A stretch of DNA of 64,000 nucleotides. Origin: a virus (Duplodnaviria; Heunggongvirae; Uroviricota; Caudoviricetes). Shown here one piece after another: positions 17,724 through 28,800 of the stretch. Each line of letters begins with the position of its first letter. The first letter of the stretch is position 1. The notes below the pieces were generated by a model, which ran no database searches, was not told where the DNA came from, and saw only the letters and a program-made list of their open reading frames with translations. The stretch covers positions 128,001 to 192,000 of the IMG/VR virus record IMGVR_UViG_3300012347_000377, one strand, 5' to 3'. The position numbers and the translations under genes were made by a program.

Positions 17724-18875
17724 ATGTCTCAAGCGTTAATTTGGACGGGTTCGGCAACATTCATTACGGGTGCATCAACTCCATTTGGTATTTATGATAA
17801 TGATTCACAATTTCAATCTGATGCTCCAAAGGTTGCTAGTTGGTGTGCAAAACGTTTAGGCTATCCCATAATTGATATTGAATTACAAGGTGAAAACTTT
17901 TTTGCTGTTTTTGAAGAGGCAGTTAGTGAATATTCTGCACAAGTAAATCAATTTAACATCCGAAATAACTTAGGTTCTTTGCAAGGACAACCTATTGGAA
18001 CAAATTATACAGGTAAATCAGTAAATGGTTCTGAATTAAACAATACTATACAAATATCACAAGCATATGGAACACAAGCAAATGTTGGTGGCAAAACTGA
18101 TATTAAAAAAGGTTCAATCAACTTAGTTGCAGACCAACAAGAATATGATTTACAAACACTTTGGTCTGATGTTAATGAATCAAGTCAATCTATATCAGTA
18201 ACGAGAGTATTTTATGAAGCAACTCCTGCAATTCAACGTTTCTTTGACCCGTATTCTGTAAGTGGACAGGGAACATTAAACTTAATTGATGAATTTGGGT
18301 TTGGTTCATTCTCTCCAGCAGCACAATTTATATTAATGCCAATTTATGAGGATATGTTAAGAATTCAAGCAATTGAATTTAATGATCAATTCCGTAAATC
18401 TGCATTTACATTCAATATAGTAAATAATAAATTACAAATTTTTCCAAAACCAACTCATAGTGATAAATTGTGGTTTGAATATATTGTTGATAGTGAGTTT
18501 ACTTCGGCATCTGCAATAATTACTCCAAACGTTGTATCAGATTATTCAAATATTGGATATGATTTTACACAATATTCAAATATTAACGATGTTGGTAAAC
18601 AATGGATTAGAAAATACACTTTAGCACTTGCAAAAGAAATGTTAGGTGCAATTAGAGAGAAATATTCACAAGTTCCAATCCCTGGCTCGGAAGTTTCATT
18701 GGATGGTGCCGCATTGAGAGCAGAAGCAATAACAGAAAAAGATTTGTTGATGACTCAATTGAGAGAAAATTTAGAAGAAGTAAGTAGAAAGACTAGAATT
18801 GAAAACGAAGCAAATATAGTTGATCAACAACAAAAGATAATTGGTAAAGTGCCATTGGCTATTTACATCGGTTAA
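17724..18875 (+). CDS. Neck protein (T4 gp13-like head-tail adaptor)
   Basis: LGYPIIDIEL, WIRKYTLALAKEMLG...KY...IPG...LDG motifs. Confidence 0.85.
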   Translation: MSQALIWTGSATFITGASTPFGIYDNDSQFQSDAPKVASWCAKRLGYPIIDIELQGENFFAVFEEAVSEYSAQVNQFNIRNNLGSLQGQPIGTNYTGKSVNGSELNNTIQISQAYGTQANVGGKTDIKKGSINLVADQQEYDLQTLWSDVNESSQSISVTRVFYEATPAIQRFFDPYSVSGQGTLNLIDEFGFGSFSPAAQFILMPIYEDMLRIQAIEFNDQFRKSAFTFNIVNNKLQIFPKPTHSDKLWFEYIVDSEFTSASAIITPNVVSDYSNIGYDFTQYSNINDVGKQWIRKYTLALAKEMLGAIREKYSQVPIPGSEVSLDGAALRAEAITEKDLLMTQLRENLEEVSRKTRIENEANIVDQQQKIIGKVPLAIYIG

Positions 18876-18888
18876 GGAGAAATAATAT

Positions 18889-19443
18889 ATGCCAAAGTTT
18901 TTTAACGCAAGAGATTTGAATTTTATCAAAACAATCGCTGAAGAAGTGGTTGATTATGTGGTTGAACAAACTGTCACCCTATTCAAAGTATCGGTTGGTG
19001 AAACAAAAACCAATTTGTATGGTGAATCGTTGGGTAAAGTTTGGCATGCACCTGCTAATTTACGAGCAATTGTAGATAGAGAACCTATGGGAGCTAACTA
19101 TGAAGGATTTGGACCGGATGCATCACAAGTAGCAGAGTTTCGTTTTATGAGACATCGTTTGAGAACCGAAACTTTACCATTGGTAAGAGATGTAAATGGA
19201 ACTTTTGTTCCGGTTGATGCTATCCAAAATTCATTATATGGATATCCTGAAATTGGGGATGTTATTTTGTTCGATGAAACTTATTTTGAAATTGATAATA
19301 TCAGACAAACAAATATAGTAGGGGGTTCACCTAGCATATATAACAAAGAAACTGATGAATTTGAAGATACAAGAATGCAAGTAACTGCAATCTGTCATAT
19401 AGTAAGACGTTCACAAGTTCAAATAGAGGATAGAGTAAGATAA
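18889..19443 (+). CDS. Neck/head-closure protein (gp14-like)
   Basis: NLYGE, PEIGDVI...YFEI; follows gp13-like gene. Confidence 0.75.
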   Translation: MPKFFNARDLNFIKTIAEEVVDYVVEQTVTLFKVSVGETKTNLYGESLGKVWHAPANLRAIVDREPMGANYEGFGPDASQVAEFRFMRHRLRTETLPLVRDVNGTFVPVDAIQNSLYGYPEIGDVILFDETYFEIDNIRQTNIVGGSPSIYNKETDEFEDTRMQVTAICHIVRRSQVQIEDRVR

Positions 19444-20525
19444 TGAGCACAGACCCATTTAAAAAACCTTTAAACAGAGGAACACAACTAAAAACCGAAC
19501 CCAAAAATCAAAGAGGGGTTAAGTTGTATGATATTGATATGGCCATCGCGGAACATATGATAGATACTGTCGTACCAACGGTTGAGGCGATGGGTGAGAA
19601 AATTAAAGTACCGGTAATGTATGGAAATCCAGAACGTTGGAAAGCAGTTCAACAAGATGGATATTTGAGAGATAAACAGGGGGTAATTCAAATTCCTCTT
19701 ATTATGTTTAAACGAAATTCCATTTCAAGAGATGATTCAATGACATCTACGATGAATCGTAATGTTTTTTATCCAACGGTTACTAAATATTCTAAAAAAC
19801 ATAGATACGATTTGTTTTCTCAAATGACAGGAACACAAAGACCCATCGAACAATATAACGTAACGATGCCGGATTATGTGACAATTAGTTATGAGTGTAT
19901 TATTTGGACAGATTTCACAGAACATATGAATAAAATTGTGGAAGCTTTCCAATATGCAACAGATGAATATTGGGGTGATAAAAATGGTTTTAAATTTAGA
20001 GTAAGAATTGATTCATTTGATACAACTGCAGAAGTTGGTGAAGGTTCTCAAAGAATGGTTCGAACAAATTTTACAATGGCAGTAAATGCGTATTTATTAC
20101 CTGAAAAGTTTGATAATCAACCAACTACAATTAAAACACTTTCACCTAAGAAAGTAGTATGGGGTGTAGAAACTGATTTAACTGGCAATTCACAATCTAC
20201 TACAAAATTATACAACGAATATTCGGATGTAATTGATTTTATGACAATCAGAGGTTCAGTTCAGGCTGTATTCGTTGATTCTAATACATTTAAATTAGAG
20301 AACGTAGAATTACCAAAATTACCACCCGAATTACGTGGAAGTTTTAATGAAGAAGATTGGTTTAGAGTTTATGTGAATGGGGTATATGTTAACGCATCTA
20401 AATACACTTATTCATTTGATTATAGTTTAAGTGAAATTACATTTGAAATTGATACAACTTCATTGGGTTATATTTTAGAAATTACAGATGAAATTGGAGT
20501 AACTGGTAAATTTATTGAATTATGA
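19443..20525 (+). CDS. Tail completion/sheath-stabiliser (gp15-like) with C-terminal Ig-like extension
   Basis: VPVMYGNPERW, MPDYVTISY; synteny. Confidence 0.7.
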   Translation: MSTDPFKKPLNRGTQLKTEPKNQRGVKLYDIDMAIAEHMIDTVVPTVEAMGEKIKVPVMYGNPERWKAVQQDGYLRDKQGVIQIPLIMFKRNSISRDDSMTSTMNRNVFYPTVTKYSKKHRYDLFSQMTGTQRPIEQYNVTMPDYVTISYECIIWTDFTEHMNKIVEAFQYATDEYWGDKNGFKFRVRIDSFDTTAEVGEGSQRMVRTNFTMAVNAYLLPEKFDNQPTTIKTLSPKKVVWGVETDLTGNSQSTTKLYNEYSDVIDFMTIRGSVQAVFVDSNTFKLENVELPKLPPELRGSFNEEDWFRVYVNGVYVNASKYTYSFDYSLSEITFEIDTTSLGYILEITDEIGVTGKFIEL

Positions 20526-20854
20526 TTAAGGAATTAAATAAAATATTGAAACAGGTACATGAACCAAATGAGTTTAAATTGGTTGCACACAATATGACAC
20601 ATCCACTATATTGGATATGGAAAGTTGAAAACGCAAGAATGAAAAATTTAAATGCATTTTTACGTCCATTACGAGTTGAACACGCACGTTTCGATATATT
20701 TATAAACGGGCAGTATATTTTAGAAAAAGATTATTTGTTTGAACAATCTGGTAAAGATTTTCTTATAAAATTTAGAAAAGCTAATTTTGCTCAAGCATAT
20801 GATTTATCAATAACCGATGACATTAAATTAGAGGGAGATTTGGAGAAAGTATAA
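20522..20854 (+). CDS. Small structural protein, paralogous to the C-terminal domain of 19443
   Basis: FDIFINGQY...DDIKLEG resembles FRVYVNGVY...DEIGVTG. Confidence 0.55.
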   Translation: MIKELNKILKQVHEPNEFKLVAHNMTHPLYWIWKVENARMKNLNAFLRPLRVEHARFDIFINGQYILEKDYLFEQSGKDFLIKFRKANFAQAYDLSITDDIKLEGDLEKV

Positions 20855-21216
20855 TGAAAAATAAACCAAATATCGTAACTTCTTTTAATGATAAACAACG
20901 ATTTAAAAATTTAGTATTAGAAGTAATAGGTGATTCTCAAATTTATTCGTTAATACCCGATTCAATTTCGTTGAATGGGAATTTGTTTACATTAACGTTG
21001 GTAAATAAAAAATTCGTTTTCGAAGATATAAAGGTAGATAGTTTAAAGGATTATACTGATGTATATTTACAAGGTATTAAAAAACCTTCAAATTTATATT
21101 CCGTTATATTAGATGAAACAAACATTGTAATCATTTTTAATGATACAATTACTTTAGCACCAAGTGAAATTATTCCAAATGATTTCATAATAAAAGGAAA
21201 GATAGTGGGTAGATAA
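20854..21216 (+). CDS. Small structural protein, same beta-domain family
   Basis: DVYLQGIK...DFIIKGKI. Confidence 0.5.
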   Translation: MKNKPNIVTSFNDKQRFKNLVLEVIGDSQIYSLIPDSISLNGNLFTLTLVNKKFVFEDIKVDSLKDYTDVYLQGIKKPSNLYSVILDETNIVIIFNDTITLAPSEIIPNDFIIKGKIVGR

Positions 21217-21218
21217 TT

Positions 21219-21869
21219 ATGGCTACACTTATTCAAAGTAAACAGATTCAGGGTATTGTAACTGCATCAGTAATCTCAGGTGATTTTGCTGTATCCGGTT
21301 CACAAACAACTACTGGTGATCATATAGTATCCGGTTCATCCTATGTAACGGGTGAAATGTATGCTACTGCCTTTATAGGTGATGGTAGTAGATTAAGAGG
21401 TGTAGTTGCCGAAAGTAGTGGTATTAATTTACTAAGTGGTTCGGTTGATGCAATTGCAGCTAAAATACAATTATCGGGTTCAACTCTTGCCTTAGATATT
21501 ACTAATGCAACTGCATCTATATATGTTAAATCACCATATGAGGTTGGTGGTTTATTTAGAACATATGAAACATTTACAGATTTAGAATCATCATCAGTAT
21601 CATCTTTCTCACAAGGACAGATTGTATTGGTAGTTGATACTAATCGATTATATCAAGCAGATATTATATACGCAGATTTTGTAACTTCATTTACCGATAC
21701 AATTATTTGGAATGATTACACCTTTACCGATAATCCTTTATCAATATCGGCATCGGATGGTTTAGTAAGTTCATTCTCAAATGGGGTAACAACTATGATG
21801 TTGGATACTGGCTCACTTCATTTTATAGAAGGTGTTCAGAAAATTACAATTGATGGCGGAAATATTTAA
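21219..21869 (+). CDS. Fibre adaptor/structural protein ending IDGGNI
   Basis: SGS repeats, FIGDGS motif, position at head of the fibre cluster. Confidence 0.6.
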   Translation: MATLIQSKQIQGIVTASVISGDFAVSGSQTTTGDHIVSGSSYVTGEMYATAFIGDGSRLRGVVAESSGINLLSGSVDAIAAKIQLSGSTLALDITNATASIYVKSPYEVGGLFRTYETFTDLESSSVSSFSQGQIVLVVDTNRLYQADIIYADFVTSFTDTIIWNDYTFTDNPLSISASDGLVSSFSNGVTTMMLDTGSLHFIEGVQKITIDGGNI

Positions 21870-21876
21870 GTTTTTT

Positions 21877-21885
21877 ATACTTATA
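21877..21885 (+). promoter_or_regulatory. Putative late promoter
   Basis: ATACTTATA. Confidence 0.7.
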
Positions 21886-22005
21886 TACGAAAACAACGCT
21901 ATATAGCGTTTATTATTAGGCAAATGTCCTGTTTTAACACTCACAAAAAATAAAGGTTTTCATTCTAACAAACAATTTTTAACAACAAAAGGAAAAAACA
22001 AAACA

Positions 22006-25000
22006 ATGGCACAAATAATTAAACACAGACGTGGTTCGCTAGAATCGATTTCAGGTGCAACCAAAAGAGCTGGTGAATTGTTAGTTGTTACGGGTTCAAC
22101 AGGTATTTCAGCAACTAACGGAGATTCAATTCTTTTCGTTGGTGTTGATGGTTCAACCGCAACCCCAGCTAACAAAGTCCTACAAGGTGCAACAAACCCA
22201 GATTTATCTGGTGCATCATATGATACCTCAATTGATGGTATTCCATTCTATAATACTGAAACTGAAAAGTTATACATCTTGAACAAAGGTGGAAACGTAG
22301 AAATTAAAGCAACTGCAAACACAGGTGGAACGGGAATCGTTTCTGGTTCATCTCAAGTTAAGGAATTATTACCTGCAGGAACTATTTCTGGTTCATCTCA
22401 AGTTGATATTACATCAGTACAAGGATATAATTCATTAGAAAGTAGAGTTTCTACTAACGAAGATAATATCTCAACTAATACATCTGATATTTCAACAATC
22501 AATTCTACATTGAGTGATGTTGCAACTGAGCAATCTACTCAAAATGGTAGATTAGAATCATTAGAAAGTTTTGAAACTGCTCAAGGAATCACAAATTCTT
22601 CAGTTTCAGATGATTTATCTGATTTATTCGCTGGTCAAAATACTCAAGATGGTAGATTAACTTCTTTAGAATCATTCTCATCTTCATTAGATGCATCTTT
22701 TGTAAATGAAACACAATTATCTAACTTATCTTCTTCAGTAAACGGAAACGTAGTAGAATTATTCGCTTCTGCATCAGATCATGAAGGAAGAATTGATACT
22801 ATTGAGGCTTCAATTGGTGGTGCTTCCGGTATCGGTCAAAGAGTTTCTTCATTAGAAGCATTCTCAGGATCACAAGAAACAAAAGATTCAACTTTAGCTT
22901 CTTACACTGGTTCAGTTAATGAGCACATTGATGCTATTAACTCATTCTCATCATCTCAACTTTCTAAAGATGCTACATTAGCAACTTACACTGGTTCAGT
23001 TGATGCTCACATTTCAGCTGTAAATTCATTCTCTGCATCACAATTAGATAAAGATTCAACTTTAGCTTCTTACACTGGTTCAGTTGATGCTCACATTTCA
23101 GCAGTTAACGCGTTCTCTGCATCTCAATTATCAAAAGATTCTGCTTTAGCATCTTATACGGGTTCAGTTGATACTTCTATTCAGAATATCAATACTAAGA
23201 ATGATGATCAAGATAATAGATTAGATTCATTAGAAGGAAGAGCAGATGGAATTGATACTGAGCAAACTAATCAAAATAACAGATTAGATGCAGTAGAAGG
23301 AAGAGCTACTGATTTAGAAACATTCCAATCTGATATTGAAACTGCAATTGCAGTTGATGGGGCAAACGTAACAATTAATGGTAACTTTACCGTTACTGGT
23401 ACTCAAACTATCGTTGATTCTACGACAGTTCAAATTGGTGATAATATCATCGAATTGAATGGTAGTGGAGCAGCAAATGGTGGTTTATACGTTAAAGACG
23501 TTGATGCACCTAACACAAACACAGGTTCAATCGTTTGGGATTCTACAAATGACTTCTGGAAAGCTGGTGCTAAGGGTGAAGAATCTAAAGTATTACTTGC
23601 AGGTGGTGATAATGTAGTTTCTAGTTCAGTACAAATCAACTTAGCAGATGTAAATGGTAATTCTACTGACAACGTAACTGAAGGTGAAGGAAATCTTTAC
23701 TATACTGATGCAAGAGTTAAGACTAAATTAAACGCTGAGAATGTAATCTCTGGTTCATCTCAAGTAACAATTTCTTCTACAACAGGATATACTGCATTTA
23801 GTTCTTCATTAGCAGCATCTGATGCAGAATTATTCTCATCTGCTTCTAATCACGAAGGTAGAATCGATACAATCGAAGCTTCTATCGGTGGTGCTTCTGG
23901 CATTGGCCAAAGAGTAACTTCTTTAGAAGCATTTAGTGGTTCTCAAGAATCAAAAGATGCTACTTTAGCAACTTACACTGGATCAGTTGATGCTCATATC
24001 GATGCAATCAATTCATTCTCTGCATCTCAATTAACAAGAAATTCAACTTTAGCTTCTTATACTTCTTCAGTTGATGCTCATATCTCAGCTGTGAATGCAT
24101 TCTCTGCATCACAATTAGAAAAAGATTCTGCTTTAGCATCTTATACTGCTTCAGTTGATTCTCAATTATCTGATATTGCATCTGCACAAGGTGTTCAAGA
24201 TGGTAGATTATCTGATTTAGAAGCGTTCTCATCTTCATTAGATGCAGGATTCGTAACTGAAACAGAATTGAATAACGCAATCAATGGTGTTAATGATACT
24301 ATTGATGCATTATCTACTGATAATATTGCTGAAGGTGATAATCTTTACTTCACAGACGCAAGAGTAAAAACTAAGTTAAACGCTGAGAACGTAATCTCTG
24401 GTTCATCTCAAGTTAACGCAGATTCAATCACAAACTTTGACGCTAACGTTAAAGATAAGATGAATGCTGATAACGTAGTTTCAGGTTCTGCACAAATCAA
24501 AGCTTTATTACCAACTGGTACGATTTCTGGATCATCTCAATTAGATAATACAACTATCGCTAATGCAACTTTAACAGGTGTAACTGCAGATGGAACATTT
24601 AATGGAACATTCGTAGGTGATGGTTCAGGTTTAACTGGATTAGTAACTGAATTAGGTTTAGCAGGTGATACTGGAACAGGTAATGTTGATTTATTAACTC
24701 AAACATTATCAGTTGAAGGTGGTGAAGGTATTGATGTATCAGTTTCTGGTACTACTATCACAATCGCAGCTGAAGATGCTTCTTCATCTAACAAAGGTGT
24801 TGCATCATTCGTAGCAGATGATTTCTCTGTAACAAGTGGTGTAGTTTCTATTAAAGATGGTGGTGTTAGAGCTATGAACTTAAACGCTGATGTTGTTGGT
24901 GAAGGTCTTTCATTAGACGGAACTGATAATTCAATCAACGTTGATTATGGTTCTTCAGCAGGAACTGCAGTTGAAGGTAATACTTCATTAGAAGTTCAAG

Positions 25001-25644
25001 GAACAGCAGGTGAAATCGAAATCTCAGGTGGTTCAATCACTTTAGGTGCAGGTGGAACTATTACTATCGGATTACCGGATGATGTAACAATTTCAAACTC
25101 ATTGACAGTTAATGGTGATGTTACTTTAGGTGGTTCTTCAACTGATTCAGTAACTATCGCTGGTAACTTATTCGTACAAGGAACAACTACTACGGTAGAT
25201 TCTACAACTATTCAATTAGGTGACAACATCATCGAATTAAATGGTAGTGGCGCTGCTAATGGTGGTTTATTAGTTAAAGATGCTACAAACCCTAACACTG
25301 CTTCCGGTTCATTATTGTGGGATTCTACAAATGACTACTGGAAAGCTGGAGCATTAGGATTAGAGAAAGAAGTTGCTAGAATTGATTCATCAATCTCTAC
25401 TAACACAGTTCTTAAATCAGATGCAAATGGTTTATTAGTAAATACAACAATTACCGATGATGGAACTGATGTTTCGATTACAGGTGATTTCACAATTGGT
25501 GGTTTATCTGCTGCTAATGCATTCTTATATGCAGATGGAAGTAAGACTTTACAATCAGTTGCTCCAACACAAGCTGGTGATATGATTCAATGGAATGGTT
25601 CTTCATTCGTTGCTTCTAACACAGTCGATGGTGGAACATTCTAA
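22006..25644 (+). CDS. Long fibre protein (1212 aa) with coiled-coil repeats and internal duplications
   Basis: MAQIIKHRRG N-terminus, 21-aa repeats, two DNIIELNG...WDSTND.WKAG domains, ends VDGGTF. Confidence 0.8.
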   Translation: MAQIIKHRRGSLESISGATKRAGELLVVTGSTGISATNGDSILFVGVDGSTATPANKVLQGATNPDLSGASYDTSIDGIPFYNTETEKLYILNKGGNVEIKATANTGGTGIVSGSSQVKELLPAGTISGSSQVDITSVQGYNSLESRVSTNEDNISTNTSDISTINSTLSDVATEQSTQNGRLESLESFETAQGITNSSVSDDLSDLFAGQNTQDGRLTSLESFSSSLDASFVNETQLSNLSSSVNGNVVELFASASDHEGRIDTIEASIGGASGIGQRVSSLEAFSGSQETKDSTLASYTGSVNEHIDAINSFSSSQLSKDATLATYTGSVDAHISAVNSFSASQLDKDSTLASYTGSVDAHISAVNAFSASQLSKDSALASYTGSVDTSIQNINTKNDDQDNRLDSLEGRADGIDTEQTNQNNRLDAVEGRATDLETFQSDIETAIAVDGANVTINGNFTVTGTQTIVDSTTVQIGDNIIELNGSGAANGGLYVKDVDAPNTNTGSIVWDSTNDFWKAGAKGEESKVLLAGGDNVVSSSVQINLADVNGNSTDNVTEGEGNLYYTDARVKTKLNAENVISGSSQVTISSTTGYTAFSSSLAASDAELFSSASNHEGRIDTIEASIGGASGIGQRVTSLEAFSGSQESKDATLATYTGSVDAHIDAINSFSASQLTRNSTLASYTSSVDAHISAVNAFSASQLEKDSALASYTASVDSQLSDIASAQGVQDGRLSDLEAFSSSLDAGFVTETELNNAINGVNDTIDALSTDNIAEGDNLYFTDARVKTKLNAENVISGSSQVNADSITNFDANVKDKMNADNVVSGSAQIKALLPTGTISGSSQLDNTTIANATLTGVTADGTFNGTFVGDGSGLTGLVTELGLAGDTGTGNVDLLTQTLSVEGGEGIDVSVSGTTITIAAEDASSSNKGVASFVADDFSVTSGVVSIKDGGVRAMNLNADVVGEGLSLDGTDNSINVDYGSSAGTAVEGNTSLEVQGTAGEIEISGGSITLGAGGTITIGLPDDVTISNSLTVNGDVTLGGSSTDSVTIAGNLFVQGTTTTVDSTTIQLGDNIIELNGSGAANGGLLVKDATNPNTASGSLLWDSTNDYWKAGALGLEKEVARIDSSISTNTVLKSDANGLLVNTTITDDGTDVSITGDFTIGGLSAANAFLYADGSKTLQSVAPTQAGDMIQWNGSSFVASNTVDGGTF

Positions 25645-25666
25645 TACAAAAATTGATTTAATTTTT

Positions 25667-25700
25667 AATCCCTCACCCAAAAGGTGGGGGATTTTTTTTT
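25667..25700 (+). terminator. Rho-independent terminator
   Basis: AATCCCTCACC...GGTGGGGGATT plus T run. Confidence 0.85.
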
Positions 25701-25716
25701 AACTTTTAATTTTCCA

Positions 25717-25780
25717 ATACTTATATAGGTGAAGTTATATACTTTAATCCCAATAAATTATTACATACGATATATTTATA
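25717..25780 (+). promoter_or_regulatory. Two putative late promoters
   Basis: ATACTTATA at 25717, ATATTTATA at 25772. Confidence 0.65.
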
Positions 25781-25803
25781 TAAAATAAATGGAAATCTAT
25801 TAG

Positions 25804-28800
25804 ATGGCTGCAATATTACAATTACGAAGAGGAGATAATTCTCAAACCGGAAGTATTCATTTCGAAGAATCTGAACTTTTTTATAATCAAAGTAAAGAAA
25901 CCCTACAAATTGGTTATTCTTCTTCTGCGGAAGAGAATGGTAATTTGAAAACTCTTGTAGTATTAGATGAAACTAATACCGGTTCATTGATTATTTCGAA
26001 TGATATTACTGCTAGTAATTTATCATTAAGTGGTAACGCAACTATTGGTGGAAACATCAATTTAGGTGGAACTATTGTATTAGGTGATGGAAGTGGTTCA
26101 GATCAAATTATTATTAATGCAGGTTTAACTGGTTCATTGATTCCAAATGTAGATAATAGAGATACATTAGGAACATCTGATTATAGATTCAAAGAATTAC
26201 ACGTTGTTTCGGCATCAATTGATAATATTTCTTTACCGGGAAGTGGTATTTTATCATCATCAAACGAAAACTTTACTGGATTTAGTAGTTCGGTAGATAC
26301 TCGTTTAATTGAAGTATATTCATCTGCATCAAATCACGAAAGTAGATTGGATACAATTGAAACTACATTCTCAACATCAGTAGATGCACGTTTAGATTAT
26401 TTAGAAGGTGATTTTTCAACATCGGTAGATTTTAGATTAGATTCTGCAGAATTATTCACATCTTCACAAGAAACTAAGAATTCAACTCTTGCAACATATA
26501 CAGCATCAGTTGATAGTTCATTATCTCAAATAAATTCATTTACATCTTCACAAGAAACTAAGAATTCAACTCTTGCTTCATATACTGGTTCAAATGATTC
26601 AAATATTACGGAATTATTTGCTACTGCATCAAATCATGAGGAAAGAATTACATATTTAAGTGGAAGTTTTTCTCAATCAGTAGATTTTAGATTAGATGAA
26701 TTAGAATCATTAGGTAGTGGTAGTAATCAACGTTTAGATTCATTAGAAGCATTTACATCTTCACAAGAAACTAAAAATTCTACATTAGGAACATATACCG
26801 GTTCAAATGATACTAAATGGAGCACATTAGGAACATATACAGGTTCGAACGATACTAAAAATAATGATCAAGATAGTAGATTATCATCATTAGAAGTAGC
26901 AAGTGGTTCTGCAATAACTCATTTGAGTAATTTAGAAACTGCTAGTTTACACTTAATGAATCGTGCTCATAATTTAGAGTTATATAGTGCATCAAATGAT
27001 ACTAAATTTAATACATTACAATTATACACTGCATCAATTGATTTAGATTTATCACAGATACATTCATACACTGCATCACTTAAAACTGCATTAGAAACAA
27101 CGGGTTCAAATGTGGTTATATTAGGTGATTTAACGGTTAGGGGAACATCAACATCAATTGATTCAACTCAACTTAATATTGGTGATAATATTATCCACTT
27201 AAATGGTATGGAAGTATCAAATGGTGGTTTATTAATAACAGACCCCGTAGATCCAAGTAAAGCATCTGGTTCATTATTATGGAATACTGCGAATGATTAT
27301 TGGATGGCAGGACAATGGAGTTCTGAATCACGAATATTATTAGCAGATGGTGATAATGTAGTAACCGGTTCTGCACAAGTTAGAGATTTATTACCAAATG
27401 GAGTTGTATCAGGTTCTCAACAAATTCCTGCGTTATTACCAAATGGAGTAGTAAGTGGTTCTGATCAAGTAACTTCTTCATTGGATGGTAGATATTTAGA
27501 AATAAATGGTGATTCAGTTGTTAGTGGTTCATCTCAAATTGATTTAACACAAACTACGAATTACACAAGTGGTATTAAAGATAGATTAAACGCAGAAAAT
27601 GTTGTTAGTGGTTCAACTCAAATTACAGATGGTAGTGGATTATTATCATCATCAGTTGATACTTACAATGGATTTAGTTCATCGGTTGATTTAAGAATTC
27701 TTTCATTGAATTCTTTCACATCTTCACAAGAAACTAAGAATTCTACATTAGGAACATATACTGGTTCAGTTGATACTAGATTTGATACAATTGGATTAGT
27801 ATCTGCATCGTTAAATTCATTTACATCTTCACAAGAAACTAAGAATTCAACTCTTGCTTCATATACTGGTTCGGTTGATATTGCAATAAGTAATTTGAAT
27901 GATACAACATCATCTCTAAACTCATTTAGTTCATCAATCAATACTACGATTAAAACTAAATTAGATGCAGAAGGTGTAGTTTCAGGTTCATCTCAAGTAA
28001 CTCAATCATTAGATACACGATACGAAGAAATTGCAAGTTCAACTCATACTTTAATTAGTAGTTCAAATCAAGTAACTCAATCACTTAATTCATTATATGA
28101 AGTTAGTGGTTCGGTTTCGAATTTGGTAGGTATTAGAACAACATCTGGTTCATTGGGTTCTGCAGCATGGTATCACGTTTCAAACTCAATTGAAGATGGT
28201 AATCCTCAAGTAGTAGGTAATGCAGGTGCAGTAAAATCATATATCGATGCTGCAATGACACTTGCGGGTGTGGGTGATATTACTGAAGTTCTTGCGGGTA
28301 ATGGTATTAGTGGTGGTGCATTAAGTGGTTCTGCAACTATAACATTAGATACCGGTTCTATACACTTCAATGAAGGTATTAAAATTAAATTAAATACCGA
28401 AGGTGTAATATCAGGTTCTGCTCAAATTTTAGGTGGAAGTGGTATTTTATCATCATCTAATGAAACATTTACAACATTCTCGCAATCAATTGATAGTAGA
28501 GTTGATGTATTGGAATTATTCTCATCATCATTAGATGCTACATTCGTAACACAGAATGAATTGGCATCAGCAACGGGTGCATTACAAATTTCAATTGCAA
28601 CTAAATTAAATACTGCATCATTTGAAACATATACTGCTTCGGTTGATAATTCAATTATATTATTAAATGGATTTACATCATCTGAAGAAACTAAAAATTC
28701 AACTCTTGCAAGTTGGAGTGGTTCAATTGATTCTAAATTTACTACATTAGGAACTTACACTGCATCGGTTGATAATTCATTGAGTGGATTAAACGCAGTT

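Noticed and set aside
22860-24160. 63-nt periodic repeats as a CRISPR array
   Set aside because: In-frame, degenerate 21-aa coding repeats with no unique spacers and no cas genes
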